From Octopus vulgaris (lineage: Eukaryota): a stretch of DNA of 64,000 nucleotides. The notes beneath the pieces were generated by a model. The model worked only from the letters and a program-made list of their open reading frames with translations, was not told the DNA's origin and ran no database searches. A program made the position numbers and the translations under genes. This document shows positions 1-14,121 of the stretch, piece by piece. The stretch is taken from NCBI GenBank assembly GCA_951406725.2, contig OX597822.1:29822001-29886000 (forward strand), given 5' to 3'. How positions within the stretch are numbered: position 1 is the first letter of the stretch; each line of letters starts with the position of its first letter.

Positions 1-124
1 CTTACTTTTTTTGGTCTCTAAAATATACTTAATTTTGTAGCATTCTTTCATGTCAGCCGGCTTTTTTTGCGCTAACTGCACGTGCATTTTTCTCGCGTAT
101 GCGTAGTATCGATTTTTAGTAAAA

Positions 125-177
<53 letters not shown>

Positions 178-291
178 AAAGTAACAGGCTTTGTTATATT
201 TCTGCTGCTTTTAAATAAAGCATATTACTCTACCTCTGGTATTTGATTACCCTTTTTTCCACCTTGTTTCACATTTATGTGCTTATTCCAG

Positions 292-331
<40 letters not shown>

Positions 332-415
332 CACAAAAATATATTAATCCAGTACTTATTATGGGACACATTTGCGGGAGAAAGAATTAAGATATGACAA
401 TTTCTCATTATATAC

Positions 416-535
416 CTTCACATGAGCTGTTGTCAGCTTTTAGAGTGTAGCCTTTCTCACATTGGCATTTATAGCTTCCTTGTGTGTTTATACAGATTTG
501 CTCACACATATTCTGTCTGTCACATTCATTTATAT
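416..535 (-). CDS. uif: Exon: calcium-binding EGF domain ([40 protein letters not shown])
   Basis: Acceptor ctcttttcag and donor gtatat; 120 nt, phase 1-1; six Cys with the DINEC and CxNxxGSYxC motifs. Not in the ORF track. Confidence 0.93.
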
Positions 536-623
536 CTGAAAAGAGAAAGCAAAGTAGAGTTACGCTTGTCGCTAATGAATTCTATTGTATCATAGATAGA
601 TAGATAGACAAATACATACATTC

Positions 624-671
<48 letters not shown>

Positions 672-779
672 ATAATAATATGAGGGAATATTATTCCAAA
701 CTTACAGGGAAATATTCAATTTAGAAATACTAAATAAAATTTCACAAAATATAATATAATATATATATATATATATATA

Positions 780-1058
780 AATTAGAAAAAATCCCCACCT
801 TTTATCAATTCAATTATGAAAAATTAAATTATACCATTTAGAAAAATTACATCTTATAGAAACATTAAATATAAGATAAAACATATACCAATGATTAAGT
901 AAAGTGCAAAATAATAAATAAAACGTATGCACTTTACTTAATCATTATTATATGTTTTATATTATATTTAATCTTTCTATAAGACGTAATTTTTCTAAAC
1001 GGTATAATTTAATTTTTCATTATTGAATTGATAAAAGGTGTTTTTTTAATAATTTTTA
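780..1058. repeat. Fold-back inverted repeat (arms about 125 bp, spacer about 19 bp) between (TA)n tracts
   Basis: caccttttatcaattcaat...atgattaagtaaagtgca / tgcactttacttaatcat...attgaattgataaaaggtg. Confidence 0.85.
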
Positions 1059-1440
1059 TATATATATATAAAGGCATAATACAGTGGAGAATTGTACATC
1101 TTTAATAATATTTTCCTGCATATAAAATTCTAACACGGGTTTCTGTTGTTTTAAGGTCCCCAAATTTGATGGTACTGTGCAACTCTTCGATTCATATTAA
1201 ATCAGTTAAAACACAATTCATATTCGAAGACTGACCTTCTTGTACAACTTTATTCAATGTGCTCCTCACACGCGTGAATAATTCTGTTCGATTCCAAATT
1301 TATCCTAATATTCGATATGGCTAGCTAAGTCTGGATTTTAACACAATACTCGTAAGGTCTGTGCCTAGATTTAAAATCCCTATTCGTTTTGTGTTTAGTC
1401 TATGGCACTGTGGTTAGAGTGTCGGGCTCACAATCATGAG

Positions 1441-1760
1441 CATTTATAGATAGAAGGTCTTAAAGCTGTTTCTAGAATGTTAATTAATAATAATATCCCT
1501 TCATTGGAGACGGTGTGAGAGGAAAAGTTAAGTCATAGTTAGTTTCGATGTGCTATAAATAGAGAGTGAGGTGGAGGAAAGAAAATAGATGTAAGATATG
1601 TATGGTTATTGAGTTCATAAATCCGCTTTATAGGCATAATGATATATATGTGTATTATTCCAATATCTTTTGAGTAAAATCCAAAAGTCCAACAGAGTTT
1701 AATATGAGTTCATCCAAATGTAAAGTTTATAAGCAATGTAAGATTCTCTTAAAGTTGGTC
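1441..1760 (-). mobile_element. Penelope-like element 3' fragment (same family as 52590-52915) with a decayed hammerhead at 1458-1510
   Basis: Shares ccaaaagtccaacagagtttaa, aagtcatagttagttt and gaggaaagaaaatagatg with 52620-52900. Confidence 0.6.
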
Positions 1761-2325
1761 ATTCCCAGTAGGGAATTCATATAGAATTTATATATACAGT
1801 CTGTATAAATTCCCGACGTTTCGAATTTATTCACTCTAGTTAATGGAATGTGCCTAAGAGATGCAACTCTGTATAAACTTAGGAATCACAAATCAGTCAA
1901 TAACGTTGACCGAATTTTACATTAATCTATTGCTTTATAAGTTTGTCCATTGAAAAGAATCAATAACCTCGAAACTTCGATGTCTGGGATGCCTGATAGA
2001 TGGCGACACTGAACAAACCGGGAGTTTTCAAACTTTTTACCGGTAACTGCAATGCATTTGCGTTTTAGCTGTTGAAATATGTCATGTGTATATATGTACA
2101 TATACGTATATATATCTGTATATTTATGTATATATACATATGTGTACGTGTACATATATGCATACATATTTGTATACAATTATATATACATATAACTATT
2201 ATATCTATATCTAATCTATATCTATCTATCTATACATACATACATGCATACATAATGTGTATGCATCATAGATAACTCATACACTCATAAACAGACTCAT
2301 GCATATAGATATATGCACACACATA

Positions 2326-2362
<37 letters not shown>

Positions 2363-2406
2363 AAACACTCTTTTTCTCTCTCGAATTATATATACATTAG
2401 TATTAC

Positions 2407-2586
2407 CTGTACACGATGATAAACTAAAAGTTTGATTTTCAGTACACCGAATTGTATTAGGCTCTGTTAAATTATACCCTTCGTTACAAGTAATGTTTAA
2501 AGTCTCATCGTATGGTACATCTTCGATCTGTGTAATGTTTGCTTCTGGTATTTTATCAGAGAGGCCTATAATCGTGCAATTAAATT
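2407..2586 (-). CDS. uif: Exon: Sushi/CCP domain 4 (FNCTII...LNITCNEGYNL...IRCTENQTFSLSSCT)
   Basis: Acceptor ttttacag and donor gtaata; 180 nt, phase 1-1; four Cys. Confidence 0.9.
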
Positions 2587-3062
2587 CTGTAAAAGACAAA
2601 AAATAAATGAAATGTAAGAAAAATAATGACAATATTCATAAATCATAAACGGTTTAATTAATTATTGAAATCAAAATGTAAAATGTACAGGCGCCGGTTT
2701 GGATGTGTGGTTTTGGGTTCAATCGTACTGCGTGATATCTTCGGCAAACGTGTTCTATTATAGTCCGGGGACAACCAATGTTTTATGAGGGAAATTTGGT
2801 GGACGGAAATTCTGTGGAAGCTTCTCGTAAATCATAAATTTTATTTTAGAATTTACGGGAGCAACTGTCTTTGAAGATTCATATTGTCGTTGAATGCTCG
2901 AAATGAGGAGTAGACAGACAGACGATAACTGATGAAGGGTCGTTTCTCTGTGTTAACTTGTCCTATTTTTCATTTTCCCCCCCATTCTTTGCGTATTTAA
3001 CGCGTTTGTTTTCGTATTTCATATTATTTACACAGCTGGTGATGTTATGTACCCGTATATGC

Positions 3063-3137
<75 letters not shown>

Positions 3138-3205
3138 TGTATATATATCTATATACATGTATATATGTATATGTAAATATATATATGTGTATACATATAT
3201 TTATG

Positions 3206-3282
<77 letters not shown>

Positions 3283-3325
3283 GTATATATATATATTATA
3301 TATATTATATACATGTATATATGTA

Positions 3326-3363
<38 letters not shown>

Positions 3364-3377
3364 TATATATGATATAG

Positions 3378-3557
3378 AGGGAATATGGAAAATACGAGAA
3401 ATTTTATTGCTTACAGCAATCATTTCGGCCCACCATGCATCGATCCCTTGCAGGTGGGATACTGTGCAAGTGGTTGTGGTGCATCATCGAGGCATCGATG
3501 CAGGATGGGTCGAAACGATCGTTGTGAGCGATATAGTTTCTCGTATATTCCATTCTC
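3378..3557. repeat. Imperfect inverted repeat (arms about 70 bp) containing GAAACGATCGT
   Basis: tggaaaatacgagaaa...tgcatcgat / atcgatgca...tttctcgtatattcca; follows (TA)n. Confidence 0.7.
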
Positions 3558-4121
3558 TGCTTCTATCATTTGTTATATACTCAACGAACCCTAAGGAATT
3601 CCTGAGGTTGATCCAGTGATACTTTTGTAAATAGCATCTATGACGCCAGGTAGCCATAGACAGTGAAAATGCTTTCTCGGCTAACTACTAGGTACATACG
3701 TAATACATAATTACTTATATACATTCATATGTGTGTGTGTGTGCGTGCGTGTATTTGTGTGTGTTTTTGTCATTACGTCTTTGCTTGTCCACCCTGCTTC
3801 ACGGCCTGACAGAATAAGTTCTAGGCCTCATTAAAAATAAGTCCTGCAGTCGATTTGTTCGAGTAAAACCCTTCAAGGTGGTGTCCCAGCAAAGCGGCAT
3901 TCAAATAGCTGAAGCAAGTAAAAACTAAAAGATAAATAATTATAGAGCGGCCTTAATTAATCCATAGGAAGTTTAGAAAAATGTTGAGCGAAAAAAGTTG
4001 GTTTGGGATGTGAAAGGATCTAAATTTTCGAGTACTTACTCTTCTTTAGAAGAAGAAAAAATATCTAAAAATTAAGAAGGAAGAACGGAATGAAGAAATC
4101 GGTTGTGAAAAGCAGTCTTAC

Positions 4122-4304
4122 TGTTGCAAGTTGGTTCATTGCCTGTCCAAGATCGTGATTTCAAGCACAACTGAAGTGGATTTCCTTCAATATGATAGCC
4201 AGGATCACAGCTATATCTCAGTACGCTTCCCACTGTGGTTCCATTGCCGTTTTCAATCACGACTTGACCATTGGTGATGTTAGACCGCTCGCTACAACCA
4301 CTTG
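4122..4304 (-). CDS. uif: Exon: Sushi/CCP domain 3 (SGCSERSNITNG...YSCDPGYHIEG...CLKSRSWTGNEPTCN)
   Basis: Acceptor atttcag and donor gtaaga; 183 nt, phase 1-1; C..NG..G..Y.C..GY..C..W..P.C pattern. Confidence 0.93.
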
Positions 4305-4427
4305 CTGAAATAATTTACGTAGAGAATTGAAGAACAAAAAATAAAAACGAAAATCTTTGTAAGTGTTAATCGAATTTTTCACCCTGTGAAAATTTTAAGC
4401 TCAGAAAGTAAAGCCGGAAGAAATACT

Positions 4428-4669
4428 TATTTCTTTATTACCCACAAGGGGCTAAACACAGAGGGGACAAACAAGGACAGACATAGGTATTAAGTCGATT
4501 ACATCGAACCCAGTGCGTAACTGGTACTTAATTTATTGACCCCGAAAGGATGAAAGGCAAAGTCAACCTCGGCGGAATTTGAACTCACAACGTAACGCAG
4601 ATTAACGCAGACGAAATACCGCTAAGCATTTCGCCCGGCGTGCTAACGTTTCTGCCAGCTCGCCGCCTT
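4428..4669 (-). mobile_element. SINE family C nested in an older family C copy
   Basis: aaggcggcgagctggcagaaacgttagc head; TSD aagaaatact. Confidence 0.85.
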
Positions 4670-6022
4670 AAGAAATACTGCTAAGTGTTAGTCCGGCGTG
4701 CTAACGATTCGGTCGGCTCACTGCCTTATATAAAGCTAAAGTAGCACTCTAGTTACTCGGGACAGTAAATTGTATCTATACATACACATGGTACCTATTA
4801 ATAGTTATGTGGACTAATCTCTTTGGAACCAAATTAATTTCGCTATGGTCTCAATAAAACCCAATAGGAATAATTAGATGTAAATGATTAAACTTTTAGT
4901 TGATAGTTCGGCATAGTTAAGACGGCGAATTGGCAGAATCGTTAGACTATTGAATGGAATGCCTTGCGGTATCTGTTTCCGTTCTTTGCATTTTGACAAC
5001 AATGCCGTCAACAACACTTGTGCAAAGTTGTATCAGCTCAAGTCGGAGCCTTTCTTTTGGGTAAACATCGAAGACGTAGAGAGGGATTGGCTTGTACGCA
5101 TGGACAACTGCCAGTCTCTCTTACCCATACCTGTATATGTATTTGTAGCTGCTTAGTTACTATTGGCTTCAAATTTTGGCTCAAAGCCGGCAAATTCAGG
5201 GGAGGGAGTAAGTCGATTACATTGACCCCCCACTGGTTAACTGATACTTATTTTATCGACCACGAAAGCATGAAAGGTAAAGTCGACCCTGGCTGCATCT
5301 GAACTGAGGACGTAAAGTCGAAAGAAATACTGCTGAGCATTTTTCTCGGTGTGCTAACAATCCTGCCAGCTCGTCGACTTTGCTGCTTAGTTAACATTGG
5401 TTTTAAGTTTTGACACAAGGCTAGCAATATCGGGGCTGGGGTTAAGGCGATTACATGGTACTTATTTTATCAGACACAAAATGATGAAAGGCAAAGTTGA
5501 CCTAGGCGGAATTTGAACTCAGAACGTAAAGACAGGCGAAATGCCGCCAGGCATTATCCCCAGCGTGCTAACGACTCTGCCCAGCTCGCCGCATTTCTGT
5601 TTAGTTAATATTAAGACTAGGAAATTGTTAACACATTGTCCAAACGAAGTGACGGCAAAATTCTTATTTCACTGGTCCCATCATTGAATCGTTGATATCA
5701 TATGGAATCCCATCATGGGCATTTTTATAAGAATATAAAAAATGTATTATGAATAAAAAAAAAAATCTTGATTTGAAAGCATAATTCCTTCGCTCTTTAT
5801 CGCTTTTTAGTAAGAAATATGTAAAGAAATTTAATAAGAATATTTAAAAAAACTGATAAAGAATAAAAATTAAATCATATATAGATATAGTCGGAAAATT
5901 TTATGTTTTTATCGGCCCCTTGGATACCACATAGAATCTTCCGGGGTTCATATTCACCAGTTTGCTGATTCCTCGTTTAGACATTTGTGATTTTACAAGG
6001 AAAGGATAAATTACTATGTTAA

Positions 6023-7056
6023 TATAGGGTGTTCAGAAGGCAACGGACTGGCAGAAACGTTATCCCACCGGGCGAAATGCTTAGCGGCATTTCGTCTGTC
6101 TTTACGTTCTGAGTTCAAATCCCGCCGCGGTCGACTTTGCCTTTCATCATTTCGGGGTCGATTAAATAAGTACCAGTTACGCACTGGGGTCGATATAATC
6201 GACTTAATCCGTTTGTCTGTCCTTGTTTGTCCTCTCTGTGTTTAGCCCCTTGTGGGTAGTAAAGAAATAGGTATCTCATGTCTTTACGTTCTGAGTTCAA
6301 ATCCCGCCGCGGTCGACGTTGCCTTTCATCCTTTCGGGGTCGAAAAATTAACTACCAGTTACGTCTGAGGTAGATTTAATACACTGGAACCCTCCCCTCA
6401 ATGTTCGGTCTAAACCGGACGATTTTTAAAATACATTATTTACGTTATTTATATTTGACAGATATTTGTCCTCATCGGCAGGCGTTCTGACTGCTTCTGC
6501 ATGCCGGAGTTCATCCCCATATCTTTGAACAGGGCCTTAGGCTCAATTCTGACAGCTGTTAAGCTGCTGGAGACTGTGATCACAATCTGGCTGTAGAGAG
6601 AAGCTGCAGGAAGGCCATGTGTGTAGCAGCAGGATTCGGTTGTCAGAATGAGTCAGAAGTGGTTGATGGAGAATTTTTACAACTTCACTAGACAATTTCT
6701 GACCTCACTAACCCAACCGGTTATTATCCAATGGATCATTATATGTGGAACGCAGATGAAAAATACACCAATCGCTCTACCTGAATCAGCAAGGCCGAGC
6801 TGGTGGCCAAAATGAAGGAAGTGTTTGAAGATTTTCCCCAGGGACACAGTGAAGAAAGCACGCCCCAATATCCGGAGCTGCCTTGAAGCCGTGGTGGAAG
6901 CTGAGGGAGAATATTTTGAGTAAAGTGTTATCTCTCTCCCAGCCATAATCCAATTGATATTTTTTATATTTTTCAGAATACTTTTATTCTTGGATGGGAT
7001 ATCGTGTTTCGTTTTCCTTTTACAAAACCTATCAAGTTTAGCCCCAACACCCTGTA
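6023..7056 (+). mobile_element. Decayed Tc1/mariner-superfamily element with SINEs inserted in its left TIR
   Basis: Left tatagggtgttcag..ctaaacc versus right gtttagccccaacaccctgta; internal QKWLMENF..PMDHYMWN..CLEAVVEAEGEYFE* resembles a transposase C-terminus. Confidence 0.65.
6038..6400 (+). mobile_element. SINE family C, tandem partial dimer
   Basis: The 3' end aaataggtat runs straight into a second internal segment tgtctttacgttctgagttcaaatcc. Confidence 0.82.
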
Positions 7057-7216
7057 TATAGAAACACCCTGTATATAGAAATAAGAATAAAGAGAAACTA
7101 GATATCTAGGTATATTTGCCAATTCAGAAGAATCATAGTCAAAATAAGGCAAACGTTGGTACTGTAGGAAAAAAAGAAAACTGGTGATACTCAAAGCAAA
7201 CTTTGCTGGAACTTAC

Positions 7217-7390
7217 AGATGCAAAACGGTGAAGCCTCCCAGGTTCCATTAGAAGTACACGTAATGGTTCCATCTCCACTGATAACATAACCAGGATAAC
7301 AAGAATACGTCGCTGTATCTCCAACCATTGCACCAGTAGCGTTGAAAACAAAACCATTCTTAATGTATTTCGTTGGTCCACAATAGTTTT
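7217..7390 (-). CDS. uif: Exon: Sushi/CCP domain 2 (NYCGPTKYIKNG...YSCYPGY...TCTSNGTWEASPFCI)
   Basis: Acceptor aattttag and donor gtaagt; 174 nt, phase 1-1. Confidence 0.93.
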
Positions 7391-7744
7391 CTAAAATTAG
7401 AATCAAGAGTAACGATATATAAATTTTAATAGTAGGTTAAATAATTAATATGAACTAGAGAGAGAGGAGCAGCAGAGAGCCAGTGAGAGAGACAGATAGA
7501 TAAATAGATAAATAGATAAACAAATAGATAGGGAGTGAGAGAGAGAGAGAGAGGAAAAAGAGGGAGAGAGAGATTGAAAGACTCAGAGCCAAATACTGTG
7601 AAGATATCAACTTTGCTCCAGCTGTGTCTGAGTCTATAAGAAGCATTTTCTTTTGTTGGAGCTTTTCCGACCAGTTTAAATAAAACAATAAATCAAAATT
7701 AATAATACAATAAAATCCAACACGATCATAAAATTAATACTTAC

Positions 7745-7942
7745 TCAAACATTTTGGGATTTTTTCAGCACTCCATTTCCCACCTTCCTGACACTCGAGC
7801 AAGATAGATTTATTTCCCACAAATTTTTCATCCCGGAACCCGTAGTCATTAGCACAGCTAATGTTCACTTGAGAATCTTGATGCCATATACTTAAGGGTG
7901 GCTGAGCAACTGCGAAACTGTTCAGCTGCAAGGCAGGACAAT
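7745..7942 (-). CDS. uif: Exon: Sushi/CCP domain 1 (DCPALQ...ISCANDYGF...ECQEGGKWSAEKIPKCL)
   Basis: Acceptor catttcag and donor gtaagt; 198 nt, phase 1-1. Confidence 0.92.
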
Positions 7943-8572
7943 CTGAAATGGTAAAAAACTTTCTTTATACATACATAATAATACATACATGCATATATAC
8001 ATATACATACATATCTACATCCATATACGTGCATACATGCATATGTACATACATACATATAGCTGATTTGGCAGTTGGCGAGTAACAGCAATTCAGCAGT
8101 TTGTTGTGCGTAGGTGTCAAAATATAAGTAGATAAAAATCACTCAAATATAAAGGTGAAGCAAGAAAGAGACAAGTACAAGGAGACAAGTGAGACACGAG
8201 AGTGAAAAATCGTAGAAATATAAAGCGAAAAATGAACAATCAAAGGAGTGTCCAATGAAGATAAATATGCCAGTGAAACAGAACAGAATTTAACATTTTG
8301 TGTGATACTGGTTATGAATGAGAAGACATAATATTTGCCGGATTGACTATAAGAGCTATCATATATCTATATTCTGCGGCACCTTGTTTGTTTGTTTCTT
8401 TGTTTGTTTGTTTCTTTTTTCTTTCTTTTTCTCTCCCCCTCTCTCTCTTCCAACTACATACTCTTCTTCACATTTCTCTTTTCCCGTACTAAATTTACTC
8501 ATATGCTTGGATACATGAATGGTTATACGCTTCTAACTCTATGCTCACAAACACATACGCACATATAGACAC

Positions 8573-8635
<63 letters not shown>

Positions 8636-8755
8636 GAAGGGTGAAATTAATTAATTTGAGATCTCCTTTTTAGTAGAAGAAATAGCTATAACTCTTTGAC
8701 TGCTATTTCTAAATTCGGTATGTGGTAAGGCAATTCGTTGCCAAACCCTTTATTG

Positions 8756-8819
<64 letters not shown>

Positions 8820-9216
8820 TCTAACTTACAGGTGTAATTTGATTGTTCATTTTCAATTGATAAAAGGTGTTTTTTCTAATTTATATATATATATATCTAT
8901 ATATATATATGTGTGTGTGTTTGTGTGTGTGTATAGATACATATATATGTGTGTGTACGTGTGTGTGTATATACGTATGTGTATATATATATATGCGTGT
9001 TTGTTTGTGTGCGTCTGTGTATGTGCGCATGCGTGTGAGAGTATGATATACGTGAGTCATATGCAGGTATTTATCCGATATAAAATTTATGGTAATACAA
9101 ATGTGTACTCGTATAATGAGTACTCCACATGGACATAGGTAGGTTATCATCTACATTCTCTGATAGCATATAAATATACTCGAAACAGTTTCTGTAAAAT
9201 GTATATATACATACAT

Positions 9217-9254
<38 letters not shown>

Positions 9255-9334
9255 GTATGTTTATGTATATGATCCTATGCAATATACATTTATATAGACG
9301 CGTTCTTGCTCACGTACATACATACATACATACA

Positions 9335-9368
<34 letters not shown>

Positions 9369-9795
9369 CATACATGCATACATACTGTCTAAATAGCAAT
9401 CTTGAGAAATTAGACTGTTCAAAACCAGAAAGGAGAAAGGTGATTCGAAAACTACACATCCAGTCCATCACTGGAAATGTAAAAGCCTGCAAAACTTTCC
9501 AGAAGTTTATCATTTAAGTATATGTGAGCATGTCTAGACATGCACCTATATGCATGAGAATACATACATAAAACAAAACATGCAAATCTGCACATAGTTA
9601 CATCTGCATACATACATACATACATACATACATACATACATACATACATACATACATACATACATACGAAAATACCCTGTTGGTGTTGCAGAAATTCCAA
9701 TGAAGGAACCTTGGACCTAGGTTAAAAACCGGCTCTCTCTTTATTGGCAAAGGAATCTTGAAATAAAATTGAATGATGGCATACATACATACATA

Positions 9796-10121
9796 GTGAA
9801 GGCGCGTGGCTTAGTGGTTAGGGTCATTCGGCTCATGATCGTAAGGTCGTGAGTTCAATTCCCGGCGGCGCGTTGTGTCCTTCAGCAAGACACTTTCTTT
9901 CACGTTGCTCCAGTCCACTCAGCTGGCAAAAATGAGAAGTACCTGTATTTCAAAAGGCCAGCCTCGTAACACACTGTGTCACGCTGAATCTCCCCGAGAA
10001 CTACGTTAGTGTTACACGTGTTTGTGGAGTGCTCAGCCATTTGCACGTTAATTTCACGGGCAAGCTGTTCCGTTGATCGTATCAGTTGGGACCCTCATCG
10101 TCGCAACCGACGGAGTGCTCC
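9796..10121 (+). mobile_element. SINE head D plus tail b
   Basis: gtgaaggcgcgTGGCTTAGTGG..GAGTTCAATTCCC head and a CORE-like ttgtgtcctt..gcaagacactt segment, then the tail seen in 42795-43181. Confidence 0.82.
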
Positions 10122-10124
10122 TTA

Positions 10125-10560
10125 TACATACATACATACACATACATGCATGCATACATACATACATACATACATACATACATACATGCATGCATGCATG
10201 CATACATACATACATACATACATACATACATACATACATGCATGCATGCATGCATGCATACATACATACATACATACATGCATACATACATACATGCATG
10301 CATGCATACATACATACATACATGCATGCATACATACATACATACATGCATGCATGCATGCATACATACATACATACATGCATGCATGCATACATACATA
10401 CATACATACATACATACATACATGCATGCATGCACGCATACATACATACATACATACATACATACATACATACATACATACATACATACATGCATGCATG
10501 CATGCATGCATCCATACATACATACATACATACATACATACATACATACATACATACATG
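10125..10560. repeat. (CATA)n/(CATG)n compound microsatellite
   Basis: Direct reading. Confidence 0.95.
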
Positions 10561-10612
10561 TATCTGAAAATTACAATATAATGTTAAATCGGGTTATAAT
10601 GTTATTCCTTAC

Positions 10613-10757
10613 CCACTGAATATTTAGCTTTAAATCCTTTTGTATTCTTGATGCTGTTGGTAGTGAAGGAGACGTTTACTTTTCCATCAGGTACCTCTAT
10701 AACTGGCACATTGACAGCATTTACGTCCACGTTTTGACTGCCGTTATTATATTTCAC
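10613..10757 (-). CDS. uif: Exon: CUB3 C-terminal half (VKYNNG...VNVSFTTNSIKNTKGFKAKYSV)
   Basis: Acceptor cactttcag and donor gtaagg; 145 nt, phase 0-1; F.T......GF...Y CUB motif. Not in the ORF track. Confidence 0.88.
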
Positions 10758-10832
10758 CTGAAAGTGGGGAAAGTTGCAAAAGCAGAAAATATTTTATTTG
10801 TTCTTTATACAAACATACATATACATATGCAT

Positions 10833-10920
<88 letters not shown>

Positions 10921-11003
10921 GGGTTTTACTTATTCTTTTACACGTTTCAGTTATTGGACGGTGGCCATGTTGGGATAGTGGCTTGAAAGTTAACTATCGA
11001 GTC

Positions 11004-11241
11004 AAGGGCGGCGAGCTGGCAGAAACGTTAGCACGTCGGGCTAAGTGCTTAGCAGTATTTCGTCAGCCGCTACGTCCTGAGTTCAAATTCCGCCGAGGTC
11101 GACTTTGCCTTTCATTCTTTCGGAGTCGATTAAATAAGTACCAGTTACACACTGGGGTCGATATAATCGACTTAATCCGTTTGCCTGTCCTTGTTTGTCC
11201 TCTCTGTGTTTAGCCCCTTGTGGGTAGTAAAGAAATAGGTA
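11004..11241 (+). mobile_element. SINE family C inserted in a decayed family A tail
   Basis: TSD tatcgagt(c/a)aa. Confidence 0.87.
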
Positions 11242-11888
11242 TTTTATCGAGTAAATTGGCCCCGGTGCTTATTTTTATAGTCTGGTACTTAATCTATTGG
11301 TCTCTTTTGCCGAACCATAAGTTAAAAGGATATAAATAAACCGACACCGGCTGTCAAGTGGTGGGAAGAGTTATAGGTTATTGATGAGTAAATCTTTGAG
11401 CTAATGGCTTATGTATGATGGTGACTGAATCTGTAAGTCAGAGAACTTAGTTAGAGAACTTAGTAAATTAACATTTTCATTACTGATATGGTGTTTGGAA
11501 TATGAATTAAGATAAAAGGTTGATGGAAGGTTTAAACTTAGATCAATGTAAACAAGAAACTTGTATCGCATAACCATAATAGAATTCAGGTAGGTTGGTA
11601 AAAAAAAAATTATATGCTATGTTAAAAATTATGAGACTGTTGTTCTGTTATTTAACTTCGGCATTGTGAAACCCGAAGTAAATGTGTGATGTATCTATTT
11701 TTACCTTTGAAGAAGATGCTAATCTATTCCTTTTTGGACTAAAATAAGGTGCAATTAAATATGATAAACGTAAATGGAAATTTTCCACCAATTCCTAATG
11801 AGTTCAAAAATCATCAAAGCTTTAGTTCTTAATTTAGACAGAGTAGAATAGGTTAATGACTTTGGCATTCCCTTTCATAATCTTTACA

Positions 11889-12017
11889 TCAACGGTTCCC
11901 AAACTTTTTTGCACCTCCCACTGCCTCGGTTTCACGCAAGAAAACTTTTTCACGGACCGGCCAATCGTGCGCCTAACAAAACAATAAAGTACATGATATA
12001 TAATTCTTCTTCATCTA

Positions 12018-12108
<91 letters not shown>

Positions 12109-12127
12109 ACACACAGACATACACACA

Positions 12128-12181
<54 letters not shown>

Positions 12182-12352
12182 TTAATATTATCAAAGGGTA
12201 ATCGAAATATTAGAAATTTCCATTACCAGCAGCCTAGGGTGTAAAAATTCAGTCAATAGACTATATAAATACAGTGTACATTTAAACACTTAAGAAGTAG
12301 CCATCATAGCACTACCTCTTATGTGTTTAAATGTACAATGTATTTATATGAA

Positions 12353-12414
<62 letters not shown>

Positions 12415-12601
12415 TTAGTGAATTGAAGAAATGGAAATTCACTAATAATATTAAAATTCAATTATCCGCACCAACGCACGGTTGCAACACCATATGGTTG
12501 TACCTCCAACCGTGCTGTCTTCTGCTGTGATTTTTGCTACCAAGGTATCGGTTAAACTTTTGATTAATCTGCAACAAGATTATTCATCTTTCTATTTCAC
12601 A

Positions 12602-12633
<32 letters not shown>

Positions 12634-12770
12634 GATACAAATATAATGCAAAGTATTCCTATAGACTGTGATAGTCAACAAAATAGAAATGAAGTTATTC
12701 TATATGTGTGACCGGTACCAACTGGTACGGTCCAGTACTGGTCCATGGTTAGATGATTGAGGACTCCCGT
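11889..12770. mobile_element. Old hAT(Charlie)-like MITE broken up by nested microsatellites and hairpins
   Basis: 5' caacggttcccaaactttttt and 3' gattgaggactcccg resemble hAT MITE termini. Confidence 0.4.
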
Positions 12771-13349
12771 TCTGCATGAATTCTCATGACTTTCGTATAC
12801 CTATTTCTTTACTGCCCACAAGGGGCCAAACACATAGAGGACAAACAAGGACAAACTAACGTTTCTGCCAGCTTGCCGACTTTCGTATACCTTTAGACGA
12901 CCCTTGCGTGACCTTTCAGACTGGCAATGTTAAAATGACTTCTCTGCCTGAACGTCTGTCGGTTTAATGTTTAATACTTCATCCGACCCCGCCCCTCAAA
13001 AAATAATAAGAACCACCAAAATATAGACATATAGGGAAACAAATGATCCATATGTTTACTTCGCGTTCGTTCCTGTACTCACTGTGAAACCAGGGAGTGG
13101 TGTATTTGGTTTACCACTCAAAACTTTTAAACATTGGATTAAATTTATTTAATTCCTTTGTGCTATGATCAAAACAGTAGAGTCTTTATACATCTATAGA
13201 TAGACTAGAAAGACAGATGTAATATGATCTGACCAGGATGCGGCACTCCCTGTACAGATATTAATTACACAACGCCTACAACTACTTGACCACAGATCTG
13301 ATTACTGCAGAGTGTAATAGAATATTTCTTAATTGTTGCATACAGTTGC

Positions 13350-13547
13350 AAGCTACGTACGTTGGGATCTGTTTTTGAAACCAAAGAAGTTTTACATTGA
13401 TGGGATTAAAAAGCTTGTAAATAGATGGAAGGAAGTCATAGATAATTAGGGAAAGTAAATTGATGATTAAATTTCAGTTAAATATAACATTTGATCACTT
13501 GTTTTCTTTATTCAAAATTCGGACAGAACTTATGGAATGACCTGATA
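13350..13547 (+). mobile_element. Mariner 3' fragment of another family
   Basis: Reads FYIDGIKKLVNRWKEVIDN*; TIR-like end cggacagaacttatggaatgacctga|ta. Confidence 0.65.
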
Positions 13548-13551
13548 TATG

Positions 13552-13609
<58 letters not shown>

Positions 13610-14062
13610 GCTCAAAGAGTTTGATTCAAATTCGTTGGTACTCCGAGTTTCAAGCATGATGCTAGTCTTCAGTCATTTTGAATTTGAATGAATGAAGTTA
13701 ATTGTTATTACCATAAGGTGGGCTGCAATTGTTCGAGGAAGGTCGCATGGTGTCGTGGTTTGATGTTGGTATATCGGTAATAATAACGATAACAATTAGT
13801 TGGAAAATACTGCCTGGTGAACATGAAATCGACCGCGTGGTGGACAGTAAAACGGTCGGGTTGTTGGAGGGAAAGTAGGGAGAAGCGGTATGTGCAAGTA
13901 CATAGTTGTAAATGCGGGTGTGTGGACGCGCTCATATAGTTTTGCGTGCATGTCTGTATTGATGCAAGCGTGCGCATCTGTACATGGGCACGCACGTCCC
14001 CCGCCACATATATGAACGAACATGTGCGGGCGCACACACACATGCATAGACATGCATGCACG

Positions 14063-14121
<59 letters not shown>

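Noticed and set aside
1922-2068. Possible extra exon (LKRKCIAVT...) after a cag acceptor
   Set aside because: The required phase 1 frame hits a stop, and Sushi 4 joins the EGF exon directly as CT-DINEC.
2850-2945. Additional hammerhead candidates (also about 1130-1195 and 1813-1825)
   Set aside because: Cores are too degenerate or lack a matching half, so they cannot be separated from chance.
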